From IMG/VR virus record IMGVR_UViG_3300037043_000007, positions 1 to 43,369 of that record: a DNA stretch of 43,369 nt, one strand, 5' to 3'. The notes under the pieces were generated by a model that saw only the letters and a list, made by a program, of their open reading frames with translations, did no database searches and was not told the DNA's origin. Shown here piece after piece: positions 1 through 8,112 of this stretch. The position numbers were made by a program, and so were the translations under genes. The number at the start of each line of letters is the position of its first letter. Position 1 is the stretch's first letter. The DNA comes from a virus. Taxonomy: Duplodnaviria; Caudoviricetes.

Positions 1-2
1 CA

Positions 3-473
3 TTCCGTTCATTAGACCAGAATTGGGGTGGCAAACAAGCACATATTGTTACACATAATTACACTAATGTTTATGGGTGGCTAACACCAAAGGAGATACA
101 AATGGAAACAGCACTAACGCCAGAACAGGTAGACCAAATATATTTAATCTTTAGGGGCACACTACCAAATGCTCAAGAGAGAGTAGGCAGAACTACATCT
201 ATCTATAAAGATTTTGGAGCAGAAGTAAAAGGAACAAGAGAGTTTCTACAAAAAGAGATTCAAAGACTCGCTAATGAAAATGCAGTTCTTACACAAAGAA
301 TGAAAGACTTAGATGGAGTAGTAGTAGGACTTGAGGTTAAGGTAAAAGACTTAGAAAAACAGATTAAAGACCATAAGTGCCCAGTAGTTTCCGAAAAAGA
401 AGTTGCCAGGAATATAGCTTTAAGAGCTTGGGACAGGATAAAAGAATGGGCGAACAGTTTTTTCAAATCGTAG
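3..473 (+). CDS. C-terminal part of CHAP-domain endolysin (continues from 43071), followed by a coiled-coil domain; internal in-frame ATG at 102
   Basis: Frame from base 3 reads FRSLDQNWGGKQAHIVTHNYTNVYGWLTPK (typical CHAP C-terminal DQNW...GWL.P) and is open into ORF 102..473. Confidence 0.8.
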   Translation, partial: FRSLDQNWGGKQAHIVTHNYTNVYGWLTPKEIQMETALTPEQVDQIYLIFRGTLPNAQERVGRTTSIYKDFGAEVKGTREFLQKEIQRLANENAVLTQRMKDLDGVVVGLEVKVKDLEKQIKDHKCPVVSEKEVARNIALRAWDRIKEWANSFFKS

Positions 474-577
474 AGTTTGATGGCAGAATAACTGTTAAAT
501 ATGCAGATAGGGATAAGGGTTATTCATTCACGATTAGTAAAACTAAGTTCTTAAAGGAAATAAACAAATGGAAATAA
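446..577 (+). CDS. small hypothetical protein
   Basis: ATG at 446 inside ORF 377..577; overlaps both neighbours as in an operon. Confidence 0.45.
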   Translation: MGEQFFQIVEFDGRITVKYADRDKGYSFTISKTKFLKEINKWK

Positions 578-750
578 TAGATAAAAATATGAAACTAGAA
601 GACACAGATAGATGCACTTGTCAGCACTGTGGCTCAACCAACGCCTACGGTATATCAAGAATTGTAGGATATTATTCCCCAATTCAAAATTGGAATCAGG
701 GTAAGTTAGACGAGTTCAAAGCAAGACAACAGGGTGATTATAAATTATAA
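568..750 (+). CDS. stand-alone NrdD C-terminal Zn/glycyl-radical finger protein (60 aa)
   Basis: CQHC, then ISRIVGYY (RxxGY glycyl-radical motif) and NWNQGKLDEFKAR, matching the class III RNR C-terminus; AAGGA RBS. Confidence 0.8.
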   Translation: MEIIDKNMKLEDTDRCTCQHCGSTNAYGISRIVGYYSPIQNWNQGKLDEFKARQQGDYKL

Positions 751-759
751 GGAGATAAT

Positions 760-957
760 ATGAACGTATTTTTAAACAGTTTACTGTCAAGAAAGTTTCT
801 ATTAACAGTAGGAACAGTTATAATGTTAGTGCTAGATGCTACTAATGTTTTAAACCTTGATGAAGCAACAAGAAACCAACTATTAGTTATAGTATTAGGT
901 TATGACCTAGCTAATATTGGCTCAAAGGCTATCGTAGAATATAAGACGAATAAATAA
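760..957 (+). CDS. putative holin
   Basis: 65 aa with SRKFLL motif and two hydrophobic helices; next to endolysin; AAGGAG RBS. Confidence 0.7.
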   Translation: MNVFLNSLLSRKFLLTVGTVIMLVLDATNVLNLDEATRNQLLVIVLGYDLANIGSKAIVEYKTNK

Positions 958-2049
958 ATGCTTTATCGTGTAGAAATACTTGATACGAATGACGCAGTCG
1001 TAGACATTGTGAGGACAATGATACCATTTGATGATAATGGCACTGTCCTCCAGTTTGACGACTACCTTTCTAATTACGGACAATGTAGGTTTAGGGTTAA
1101 ATTAAAAGACCCTATGGCTTCTACAGATAAGTTTAAACCATTCCAATATAGGATTAGAATTAAGAGAGCAAACAAAACAGTATGGTTTGGCGTAATAACA
1201 GATAACCCCCAAAGAACTACTAAATATATAGACATAGAGGCAAGAACATTACTATGGTACTTTACTAGAGTACAGGTTTCGAATGATGCTAACTCAGATT
1301 ATCGTTCATTTACTACTGGCTCAATGCTCACAGCTGTGACTACATTATTCAATGAAGGCAAGAATAGGGCTAATTCTCCTATGTCAGACTTTACTGCTGG
1401 AACAATAGAGAACCCAGATTATCCTTGGCCGCCACTATCAACTACCTGGGCATTTAGCGATGTATATAAGATGGAATATACTTATGCCAACCTATTTGAT
1501 GTCATATTTAATATGGCAGCAGTCGCCAATTGCGATTTTGAAGTTACTCCAGCCAAGGTGTTTAATTTCTATAGGGATAAAGGCTCAATTAAGGAGAATG
1601 TTTCATTCCAATGGGGAGCAAACGGTGCTATAGAAGATTTTAATTCACCTTTATATGGCTCTAGAATGGCCAATAAACTAACAGTTATTGGTTATGATAA
1701 AGACTATAAGTTTATTAAATCAGACCAACAAGATACTGCATCAATAACAGCGAATAAAGAACTTTGGCAAATAGTTGCGTATAATGAGGTCTTAGCTCAA
1801 GATATACTTAACGCTAAAGCGATAGATGAACTTGAGCTTAGGAAATACCCAGATACAGAATTGAGCATAACCTTGAATGACAAGGCATTACCATTTGGTA
1901 TGTATGAGTTAGGTGATTATGTTTGGATTAAAATAAAGACAGGTATTATAAATATAAATGAGCCGAGAAGAGTAGTTGGTTGGGTTGTTAAAATTAATGA
2001 AAACGACAGAGAAACTGTCAGGCTAATAACAAATAAGAGGAAAACTTAA
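958..2049 (+). CDS. siphovirus-type minor tail / baseplate hub protein (ReqiPepy6 gp37-like)
   Basis: VWFGVI, DFEVTPAKVFNFY, MANKLTVIG and YELGDYVWI motifs characteristic of this family. Confidence 0.7.
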   Translation: MLYRVEILDTNDAVVDIVRTMIPFDDNGTVLQFDDYLSNYGQCRFRVKLKDPMASTDKFKPFQYRIRIKRANKTVWFGVITDNPQRTTKYIDIEARTLLWYFTRVQVSNDANSDYRSFTTGSMLTAVTTLFNEGKNRANSPMSDFTAGTIENPDYPWPPLSTTWAFSDVYKMEYTYANLFDVIFNMAAVANCDFEVTPAKVFNFYRDKGSIKENVSFQWGANGAIEDFNSPLYGSRMANKLTVIGYDKDYKFIKSDQQDTASITANKELWQIVAYNEVLAQDILNAKAIDELELRKYPDTELSITLNDKALPFGMYELGDYVWIKIKTGIININEPRRVVGWVVKINENDRETVRLITNKRKT

Positions 2050-2456
2050 TGGCACTACATAGTTTTGATGGTAAAATAAAAGGTGGCGACATACTCAAAA
2101 ATATGCCACAATTTTCTAATTTCTCTATAGTAAAATATGGACTCCACACTATGTGGATTACTGGGACAAACTATGAAGAAGTTATTATAGATTATGATGA
2201 GTTTCCGATGGACGCAGTATACTCACCGATTGGGTTTGTAAGCTGGAGCAATAGTGGTAGTTCTTCAGAGGTTACACAGTTACCAGTGTTGAGATGGAAC
2301 GAGGGGACTGGACACTTAACAGAATCTCTATATTTAAGAATAGAACAAGATGTGACTGGCGGTAGGCTTATACTAAAATACCAAGGTACAGCATCGGCAG
2401 ATAAGACTGCATTTGTATATTGGGCGTTGAGTAAGAACAATGAAGTAGTCATATAA
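2049..2456 (+). CDS. hypothetical beta-rich virion/tail protein
   Basis: TAATG coupling to the upstream tail gene; beta-strand-like composition. Confidence 0.55.
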   Translation: MALHSFDGKIKGGDILKNMPQFSNFSIVKYGLHTMWITGTNYEEVIIDYDEFPMDAVYSPIGFVSWSNSGSSSEVTQLPVLRWNEGTGHLTESLYLRIEQDVTGGRLILKYQGTASADKTAFVYWALSKNNEVVI

Positions 2457-2468
2457 AAAGGAGGAAGT

Positions 2469-2786
2469 ATGCCTTTAAAAAAGGAAACAGTAGGGGAGAG
2501 AATAAGTAGGCTTGAAGAAGAAGCTTCGCAAGTCTATTACCAAGAAAGGCACGACCGAGAAGACCGTGCTAGAGATATTAAAATAAAAGAGCTAGAAACT
2601 AGGATTGCAGAATCCAAGATAAATGGCGAAGTGAAAAAGGTTGCAATGACTCATCGTTGGCAATCGGTTGGAGATATATTAAAACGTCTCGTAACTTTAC
2701 CACTCTTGATTCTCTTATTCCCATTTCTAGGTTACGCACTCATTAAAGGAAATGCACTGCCAAAGTGGTTTAATGATTTATTATAA
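2469..2786 (+). CDS. hypothetical membrane protein (coiled coil plus C-terminal TM)
   Basis: GGAGG RBS; hydrophobic LVTLPLLILLFPFLGYALI. Confidence 0.6.
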   Translation: MPLKKETVGERISRLEEEASQVYYQERHDREDRARDIKIKELETRIAESKINGEVKKVAMTHRWQSVGDILKRLVTLPLLILLFPFLGYALIKGNALPKWFNDLL

Positions 2787-2790
2787 AAAG

Positions 2791-2851
2791 ATGGGGGGTG
2801 TGCCGTTGGCACTATCCTAGTGAAACTAGGTCATTTCTTTCTACCCCCCAT
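2791..2851. ncRNA. three-way-junction structured element
   Basis: ATGGGGGGT/ACCCCCCAT closes the hairpins GTGCC-GTT-GGCAC and CCTAGT-GAA-ACTAGG. Confidence 0.45.
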
Positions 2852-2864
2852 TTCAATAAAAAAT

Positions 2865-3197
2865 AGTCTACGGTCAAGAAGAAGATGAAGGAGAATACGA
2901 TGAAGAAAAAAGACGAATTGACCAAAGTAAAAGATAAGCAGATGATTTGGAGACTTGGAACATTACCAAGTGTTCTAGAAGTTACTACTCTTATTGACAA
3001 AGGAGTAATAACAAAAGAAGAAGCAAGAGATATGTTGTTTAGGCGAACTGATATTAAGGAAATGCCTAAGGAGCAAGAAGTTACAAGATTTGTAACAACA
3101 CATTATTCACCACCAGATGTAGAGGTTATTAACAGGTTTGTAGATAATTTCTTTAAACCTTTCTGGAGAATATAAGTTAATCTCTTGGCCGTAGATT
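2865..3197 (+). repeat. 15-bp inverted repeat bracketing ORF 2900..3175
   Basis: AGTCTACGGTCAAGA (2865-2879) pairs with TCTTGGCCGTAGATT (3183-3197): 13 Watson-Crick and 2 G-U pairs on the sense strand. Confidence 0.7.
2900..3175 (+). CDS. hypothetical protein
   Basis: AAGGAG RBS 6 nt before ATG 2900, within ORF 2885..3175. Confidence 0.65.
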   Translation: MKKKDELTKVKDKQMIWRLGTLPSVLEVTTLIDKGVITKEEARDMLFRRTDIKEMPKEQEVTRFVTTHYSPPDVEVINRFVDNFFKPFWRI

Positions 3198-3203
3198 TTA
3201 AAT

Positions 3204-3230
3204 AAAAAAGACCGCCCATCCCTGGCGGTC
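3204..3230 (-). terminator. Rho-independent terminator at the convergence of the two arms
   Basis: GACCGCC-7 nt-GGCGGTC followed by TTTTTT on the minus strand. Confidence 0.8.
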
Positions 3231-3253
3231 TCCTCCTTAGGCCTAGATTTATT

Positions 3254-3859
3254 CTAGGTCTTTTTTTGTTGCCAATTAAAAATATGTTTAAGGGCTAAGA
3301 ACACTACAAATGGCTCATCCATTTTCTTGAATGTATATCCCTTCTCTCTCAAATGTAAGACATAACATTCATCAATATTTAGCCCAGTCATCTCTTCGTA
3401 AGCCACCTTATATGCAGCTAACTGTAACCCATAAGTCTTCTGTATTCTCGTAGAGGTTTTAAAGTCTATTAAAACTCTCTTCTTGTCTATAAGAGCTATT
3501 AAATCGGTAGTCCCAGCGAACTCGTGGCTCTTGGAAAAAAGAGTTCCTTCTGTTTGCACAATCTGTGGTTTATATTTGTCTAACCACTTATGGAACTGAG
3601 TGACTAGATAAGGCTCATCACCCTTAAGTTCACACTTTTTATGACCTTCTAGGAGTATATTCTCTAGACAATCGTGGACTCTAGTTCCCCTCTCTCCAGC
3701 ATCTTTTAAAACCTTCTGAGAATTCTCATACCCGACATCAGCTATCCACTTTATGAGCTGTGGCGGTTTGGCCATACACGAAAGTATAGAAGTAACAGAT
3801 GGGTAAAGTTTTCCATCTACTTCGTAATACCTATAATCATTTATTTGTTTGCGTTGCAT
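3254..3859 (-). CDS. PD-(D/E)XK (Cas4/RecB-like) exonuclease
   Basis: YPSVTSIL, GTRVH, FAGTTDLI, LIDFKTS and QLAAY motifs. Confidence 0.85.
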   Translation of the reverse strand: MQRKQINDYRYYEVDGKLYPSVTSILSCMAKPPQLIKWIADVGYENSQKVLKDAGERGTRVHDCLENILLEGHKKCELKGDEPYLVTQFHKWLDKYKPQIVQTEGTLFSKSHEFAGTTDLIALIDKKRVLIDFKTSTRIQKTYGLQLAAYKVAYEEMTGLNIDECYVLHLREKGYTFKKMDEPFVVFLALKHIFNWQQKKT

Positions 3860-4106
3860 ATTCCTCGATTCTTCTTCTAATTCTATACATCATTACATCG
3901 ACCGAGTTCCTGTCTTTATACCCCATCATTTTAAATATCTCTTTTCTCTTATAGCCAAAGAGGAACAGCTTCATAAACTCCTTTTGTTTCGGAGTTAGAT
4001 ATTCTAAAATCTCATCAGCATTCTCTTGTGCTAAGACTTCTTCGTCTGGTGTTGGTTTTGTGTCAACTACATCAAAGTAGCCTGTATCTCTAGAGTCCCA
4101 TTCCAC
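3837..4106 (-). CDS. sigma-70 region-4/LuxR-like HTH transcription factor (89 aa)
   Basis: TPDEEV...LTPKQKEFMKLFLFGYKRKEIFKMMGY...SVDVMMYRIRRRI resembles the sigma region 4 HTH. Confidence 0.7.
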   Translation of the reverse strand: MEWDSRDTGYFDVVDTKPTPDEEVLAQENADEILEYLTPKQKEFMKLFLFGYKRKEIFKMMGYKDRNSVDVMMYRIRRRIEEYATQTNK

Positions 4107-4425
4107 TGACTTTCCTTTCTTCTTTCAAGTAATTAAGGATTGTTTGGCCTAAACTAATCATCATCTTTAATCCGCTTTTATAGTCCTCTAATTTATCATA
4201 CGCTTCCTGCTCTTCACGAACCTTGAAGTCTGTATGAATTTTCCTATCATTTTCTGTGACGCCCTGTGTTTTTGGTAGTTGATTCTTTGCTATTGCCTCA
4301 GTTAAAACCTTTTTAGCTGAAGTAACTTCTTCACAAACGGCAAAGTATTGACCCATTGCCTCGCTTAATTGCTCTATCAATGTGATAGGGTCGTTAGATA
4401 GATTTTGTGTAGGGATTTCTGTCAT
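4090..4425 (-). CDS. hypothetical coiled-coil protein
   Basis: 111-aa ORF with AAGGAG RBS. Confidence 0.6.
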   Translation of the reverse strand: MTEIPTQNLSNDPITLIEQLSEAMGQYFAVCEEVTSAKKVLTEAIAKNQLPKTQGVTENDRKIHTDFKVREEQEAYDKLEDYKSGLKMMISLGQTILNYLKEERKVSGMGL

Positions 4426-4539
4426 TTTTGTGCTCCTTTTTTAAATAAATGATATATATGTCCAACTATTCATTTAACACTATATATGTTGCTTAACTCA
4501 TTAAAATCGTGCTCAGAAAGTGCTGCTGCTGAGGAATTA

Positions 4540-4722
4540 TCAGACATTAGGGATGAAGCGATACCTAGACTTACTAGGTTTATCTTTAACAAACGGGCAC
4601 TCTTCCCAACCACATCCCAAGTATTCTGGGTCGCAAGATTTACAGTGTATCTCAACCTTTCTTCGGTAGGCTCTTTTTTCTGCCTCTAGCTTTTTTATCT
4701 TTTCCTGTTGACGCAAGCTCAT
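4540..4722 (-). CDS. small Cys-rich hypothetical protein
   Basis: CKSC...CGWEECP. Confidence 0.45.
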   Translation of the reverse strand: MSLRQQEKIKKLEAEKRAYRRKVEIHCKSCDPEYLGCGWEECPFVKDKPSKSRYRFIPNV

Positions 4723-5089
4723 CCTTTAGCTCCTTCCTTAATAATTTCCAATCTATTTTAGGGAATGGATTCTTGGAGTACTCCATCGCCATATATTTTA
4801 GGTCTGTGTATCTTTTTTCCCCAAACTTTTTATTAAACCATAAACCGAAACCGACACTATCTTCGTGTGCACAGTTTGGCCCCATAGAATGACAGGCCGC
4901 ACATAGACATAGGATATTTTTAGGTAGTGCCGCTGTCCTAGCATAAGTTACTGGTATTATATGGGCTCCGTGCATCGTATATCCGTTAGCTTTTGACTTA
5001 TTGCATTTTTCACAAGTCCAATTAGCTCTTTCTTTAGAAATTAACTTAGCTAACTCAACACACGCTTTTTTGTCTGCGTTCTGTTTCAC
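4652..5089 (-). CDS. NinG/Rap-like HNH-family nuclease
   Basis: CEKC...GAHII...NILCLCAACH pattern. Confidence 0.75.
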   Translation of the reverse strand: MKQNADKKACVELAKLISKERANWTCEKCNKSKANGYTMHGAHIIPVTYARTAALPKNILCLCAACHSMGPNCAHEDSVGFGLWFNKKFGEKRYTDLKYMAMEYSKNPFPKIDWKLLRKELKDELASTGKDKKARGRKKSLPKKG

Positions 5090-5304
5090 GAGTGCATCTC
5101 CCCTACATTTTCATCAGGCTCAGCTAAGGTTAATTCTACATCTTCCATACTTATAGTCTTATCTTCTGTAAATAAAGCATAATCTATAAAGGCTTTTATT
5201 GCTGCTAATTCTGTTAATATAGCATCCTTATCCCCATTAGACAGAATCATCCCTTCTAAACGAGTTACTGATTTCTCTATTAGTTCTAATATATTAGTTT
5301 CCAT
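5086..5304 (-). CDS. hypothetical protein
   Basis: 72-aa ORF overlapping both neighbours. Confidence 0.55.
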   Translation of the reverse strand: METNILELIEKSVTRLEGMILSNGDKDAILTELAAIKAFIDYALFTEDKTISMEDVELTLAEPDENVGEMHS

Positions 5305-5677
5305 CTTTTTCTCTTTCTGTTAATATCTTTAGCCATATTGCGAAGGCATTAAAAATGACACCACCAAGAGCGTCATCTATACCTTCTCTTGATTTATATC
5401 CCCTATTTTCCATCCACACATCGTGCGTGTGTCTTATTAAACTTTTAGTGCATACTTTAATATGCTCATCACCGAAGAATCCTTGCCAGTTATCTGAATC
5501 TCTTAAACCTTTAGCAGTATGTCTGTGCTTTTCCATATACTCACCAAAGGCTTTTAGTGCTAAGGGATTTAATACTCCCTCAAAATCTATCTTACCTTCG
5601 TCCGTGTCTCTTGTTGCTCCGTTCCAGCTTCTCATTTTGGGTTCTTTAATTCTTGGGTTAATTTCATAATCCTTCAT
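5294..5677 (-). CDS. dATP/dGTP diphosphohydrolase-domain (DUF5664-like) protein
   Basis: GATRDTDEGKIDF...P.AL..FGEYM...RDSDNWQ.G...SLIRH motifs. Confidence 0.75.
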   Translation of the reverse strand: MKDYEINPRIKEPKMRSWNGATRDTDEGKIDFEGVLNPLALKAFGEYMEKHRHTAKGLRDSDNWQGFFGDEHIKVCTKSLIRHTHDVWMENRGYKSREGIDDALGGVIFNAFAIWLKILTEREKDGN

Positions 5678-5688
5678 ACTTTCCTCCT

Positions 5689-6399
5689 TTAATAATTTAC
5701 ATACTTAGGTTTACTGTCTTCCCTTAATCTTTCAGATGCCCACCCACCACAGCTCTGACATTGAATGCGTCTAAATGTAGAAGTGTTTGTTTTTCTGTAT
5801 CCTCTATACTGAATATTGTTTGAACCACATTTTGGACAATTATATCCAGTTGAGACATTCGGATGATTAGAAATATATGGAAGTTCTTTTGCATAAAGTC
5901 GGTCTAATAAAACTACATCTTGCTTACAATAATCAAGCATCATTTTAATAGCCTTCTTATCTCCTTTTAAGAAGTCGTGCCATAAGTCGTGATGTTTTAC
6001 TTTACTCTTTTCCCCTAAACCAAGATGTTGGCAGAGGTTGTCTAAAGAGTTGGACGAGAACTTAAACTTGCTCCTTGCTACAGTCAAAGTATCTACAGTC
6101 TTAAATGGTGATGGTGGCTCTAAATTGTATTCTAGTATCTTGCCTAGTGAGACCTTATTATCAAATCCTTTAGCGTTGTGGGCTACTGTAATCTCTGCTT
6201 CATCTAACAAGTCTCTTAACCTCTTAACAATATCTATTTCTTCCCCATAAACGACTTCTATTTTCTTATCTCCATACCATTTATAAGCGAAACACAAAAT
6301 GACGGGTTCTGTCTCAACCTTCAATACATTGGTATTCCAGAGACCATAAGTCCATCCGAGGATAGGGCTAATCTCCAAATCATACAATAATATTTTTAT
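5689..6399 (-). CDS. RNase H-like (DnaQ/YprB-type) 3'-5' exonuclease with C-terminal Zn ribbon; probable ATA start
   Basis: LLYDLEISP (ExoI), AHNAKGFD (ExoII), YCKQDV (ExoIII), CPKCGS...CQSCG; AGGAGG lies 6 nt before ATA at 6399. Confidence 0.85.
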   Translation of the reverse strand: MKILLYDLEISPILGWTYGLWNTNVLKVETEPVILCFAYKWYGDKKIEVVYGEEIDIVKRLRDLLDEAEITVAHNAKGFDNKVSLGKILEYNLEPPSPFKTVDTLTVARSKFKFSSNSLDNLCQHLGLGEKSKVKHHDLWHDFLKGDKKAIKMMLDYCKQDVVLLDRLYAKELPYISNHPNVSTGYNCPKCGSNNIQYRGYRKTNTSTFRRIQCQSCGGWASERLREDSKPKYVNY

Positions 6400-6411
6400 A
6401 ATATTCCTCCT

Positions 6412-6690
6412 TTAATCGCATTTGGCACAAGTCCAAATTACCTCATCATTTATTACTATTCTGAATCTTTTATCTTTACATTTTGGACATTCGCACTTAT
6501 ATTTCTTAACTTCATAATCTCTCTTATCCCCTACGAGCGTCTTCTTAGCTTCTCGGCAGACCATCTTTAATTCATTCCCCTTATGTTCTGAATAATGTTC
6601 GTGCTTAGCGTGCTTCTCGTATGAAGACATATACTTAAACTCCATACCACACCAAGACTTTATCTTCGGAGCTTTTATTCCTCCACTCAT
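6412..6690 (-). CDS. Zn-finger hypothetical protein
   Basis: C2H2-like WCG...H..H plus CPKC and CAKC. Confidence 0.55.
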   Translation of the reverse strand: MSGGIKAPKIKSWCGMEFKYMSSYEKHAKHEHYSEHKGNELKMVCREAKKTLVGDKRDYEVKKYKCECPKCKDKRFRIVINDEVIWTCAKCD

Positions 6691-7862
6691 CCTTTTATTA
6701 CTGCCAATGGAGTTAATTCTACTAATACTTTCACTAGGTCTTTTTGGTTTTCCATAACGACATCAATATCTTTGTAAGCAGAAGGAGCTTCATCTAAATC
6801 TTTTACGGTTCTTACTGAATGAATTATTCCTTGCGTGTTGAGTAATTCTTGTTCGTCTTCTAAGTTAAGCGTTCTTTGTGCCTGACCTCTACCCATCTTC
6901 CTACCAGCTCCGTGTGAGCAAGATTCAAATGATTCAGGATTGCCTAACCCTTCTACGATATATGAATGAGTGCCCTGTGAGCCTGGAATTATTCCTATCT
7001 CTCCCTTCTTTGCAGAAGTAGCACCTTTTCTATGAATCATTACATTCTTACCAAAATGATTTTCCATTCTGGCGTAGTTGTGGGACATATTTATCATTTT
7101 GCCCATATCGGCTATTTCTTCCCCCGAGCCGAGACACTCTAGTATCCTCTCCATCATCAATTTACGGTTAGCTAATGCGAAATCTACGGCATACTGCATC
7201 TCCGATAGGTAGTTTCCCCCCACATCAGAGTCTATCGGTAAGAACGCTAGGTCTTGCTTTGCATCTACTGTCGAGAAGCATCTATTATTTATCTCTTTTG
7301 CCTTCTTGTTATAATACTCTGCTATCTTTAGACCAAAGTTTCTTGACCCAGAATGAACCATAACCCAAATATGACCATCTGAGCCCTTTTGTATTTCTAT
7401 AAAGTGATTACCACCACCCAATGTTCCAATTTGTTTTCGTGCAGCATTATACTGGTCGTTACATACTGGGTTAGTAAGCTGAAACAGCATCTTATCTTCT
7501 ATCTTTGGCATAAACTCAGAAGGCTGTGCTTCTTTGTGATGATTAAACCCAACTGGAACGGCTTTTCTAATTTCCCCCATAACTTCTTTTAGGTAGTCTG
7601 TAGATATATCTGTCAGAGAGGTCTTAACTGCACACATACCACAACCAATATCAACGCCTACAGCATTTGGTATTACATACCCGTCTGTTGCTAAAACTCC
7701 ACCAATCGGCATCCCATATCCTTGATGTGAGTCTGGCATAATAGCGATATGCTTATAAGCGAATGGTAAATTAGCAAGATTCCTAGTTTGTGATAAAGCC
7801 CCATCTTCTATGTCGTTTAGCCATAGTTTAATAGGTAACCTTTCTGTTGATATTACTTTCAT
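6687..7862 (-). CDS. rtcB: RtcB RNA 2',3'-cyclic-phosphate/5'-OH ligase
   Basis: MPDSHQGYGMPIGGV, VGVDIGCGM, GTLGGGNHFIE, HSGSR, HRKGAT, SCSHGAGR and DEAPSAYKDI motifs. Confidence 0.97.
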   Translation of the reverse strand: MKVISTERLPIKLWLNDIEDGALSQTRNLANLPFAYKHIAIMPDSHQGYGMPIGGVLATDGYVIPNAVGVDIGCGMCAVKTSLTDISTDYLKEVMGEIRKAVPVGFNHHKEAQPSEFMPKIEDKMLFQLTNPVCNDQYNAARKQIGTLGGGNHFIEIQKGSDGHIWVMVHSGSRNFGLKIAEYYNKKAKEINNRCFSTVDAKQDLAFLPIDSDVGGNYLSEMQYAVDFALANRKLMMERILECLGSGEEIADMGKMINMSHNYARMENHFGKNVMIHRKGATSAKKGEIGIIPGSQGTHSYIVEGLGNPESFESCSHGAGRKMGRGQAQRTLNLEDEQELLNTQGIIHSVRTVKDLDEAPSAYKDIDVVMENQKDLVKVLVELTPLAVIKG

Positions 7863-7884
7863 ATTCCTCCTATTTTATTTACTT

Positions 7885-7958
7885 TGGTCAGGGACGGAGG
7901 AATTGAACCTCCTCTTCTGGTATCCAAGACCAGCAGACTGCCGTAATCTTTGTCCCTG
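7885..7958 (-). tRNA. tRNA-Pro(TGG) with encoded CCA
   Basis: CAGGGAC/GTCCCTG acceptor, A73, CCA; CTGGT-CTTGGAT-ACCAG anticodon arm; GGAGG-TTCAATT-CCTCC T arm. Confidence 0.92.
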
Positions 7959-7959
7959 A

Positions 7960-8045
7960 TGGTGGGTGCTCTAGGTAATGCTCCTAGCGAGACCGAAGTC
8001 AACGATTTTACAGACCGTCTGCCCTCTTTAGACAAATACGCACCC
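7960..8045 (-). tRNA. tRNA-Tyr(GTA), non-canonical, with encoded CCA
   Basis: GGGTGC/GCACCC acceptor plus ACCA; ACGGT-CTGTAAA-ATCGT anticodon arm; long variable arm GAC-TTCG-GTC; CTAGG-AGCATTA-CCTAG T arm. Confidence 0.85.
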
Positions 8046-8112
8046 TTGTTAAAAAAATTGTAGAGAGAGGGAATTTGTGTTGTTGGTAACATTGTTCCAA
8101 AATGGAACGAAC

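Noticed and set aside
2791-2851. Hammerhead ribozyme
   Set aside because: Three stems are present but there is no CUGANGA/GAAA core on either strand.
5294-5677. Z-DNA (2-aminoadenine) pathway
   Set aside because: No PurZ or phage DNA polymerase was seen; the diphosphohydrolase domain alone is not sufficient.
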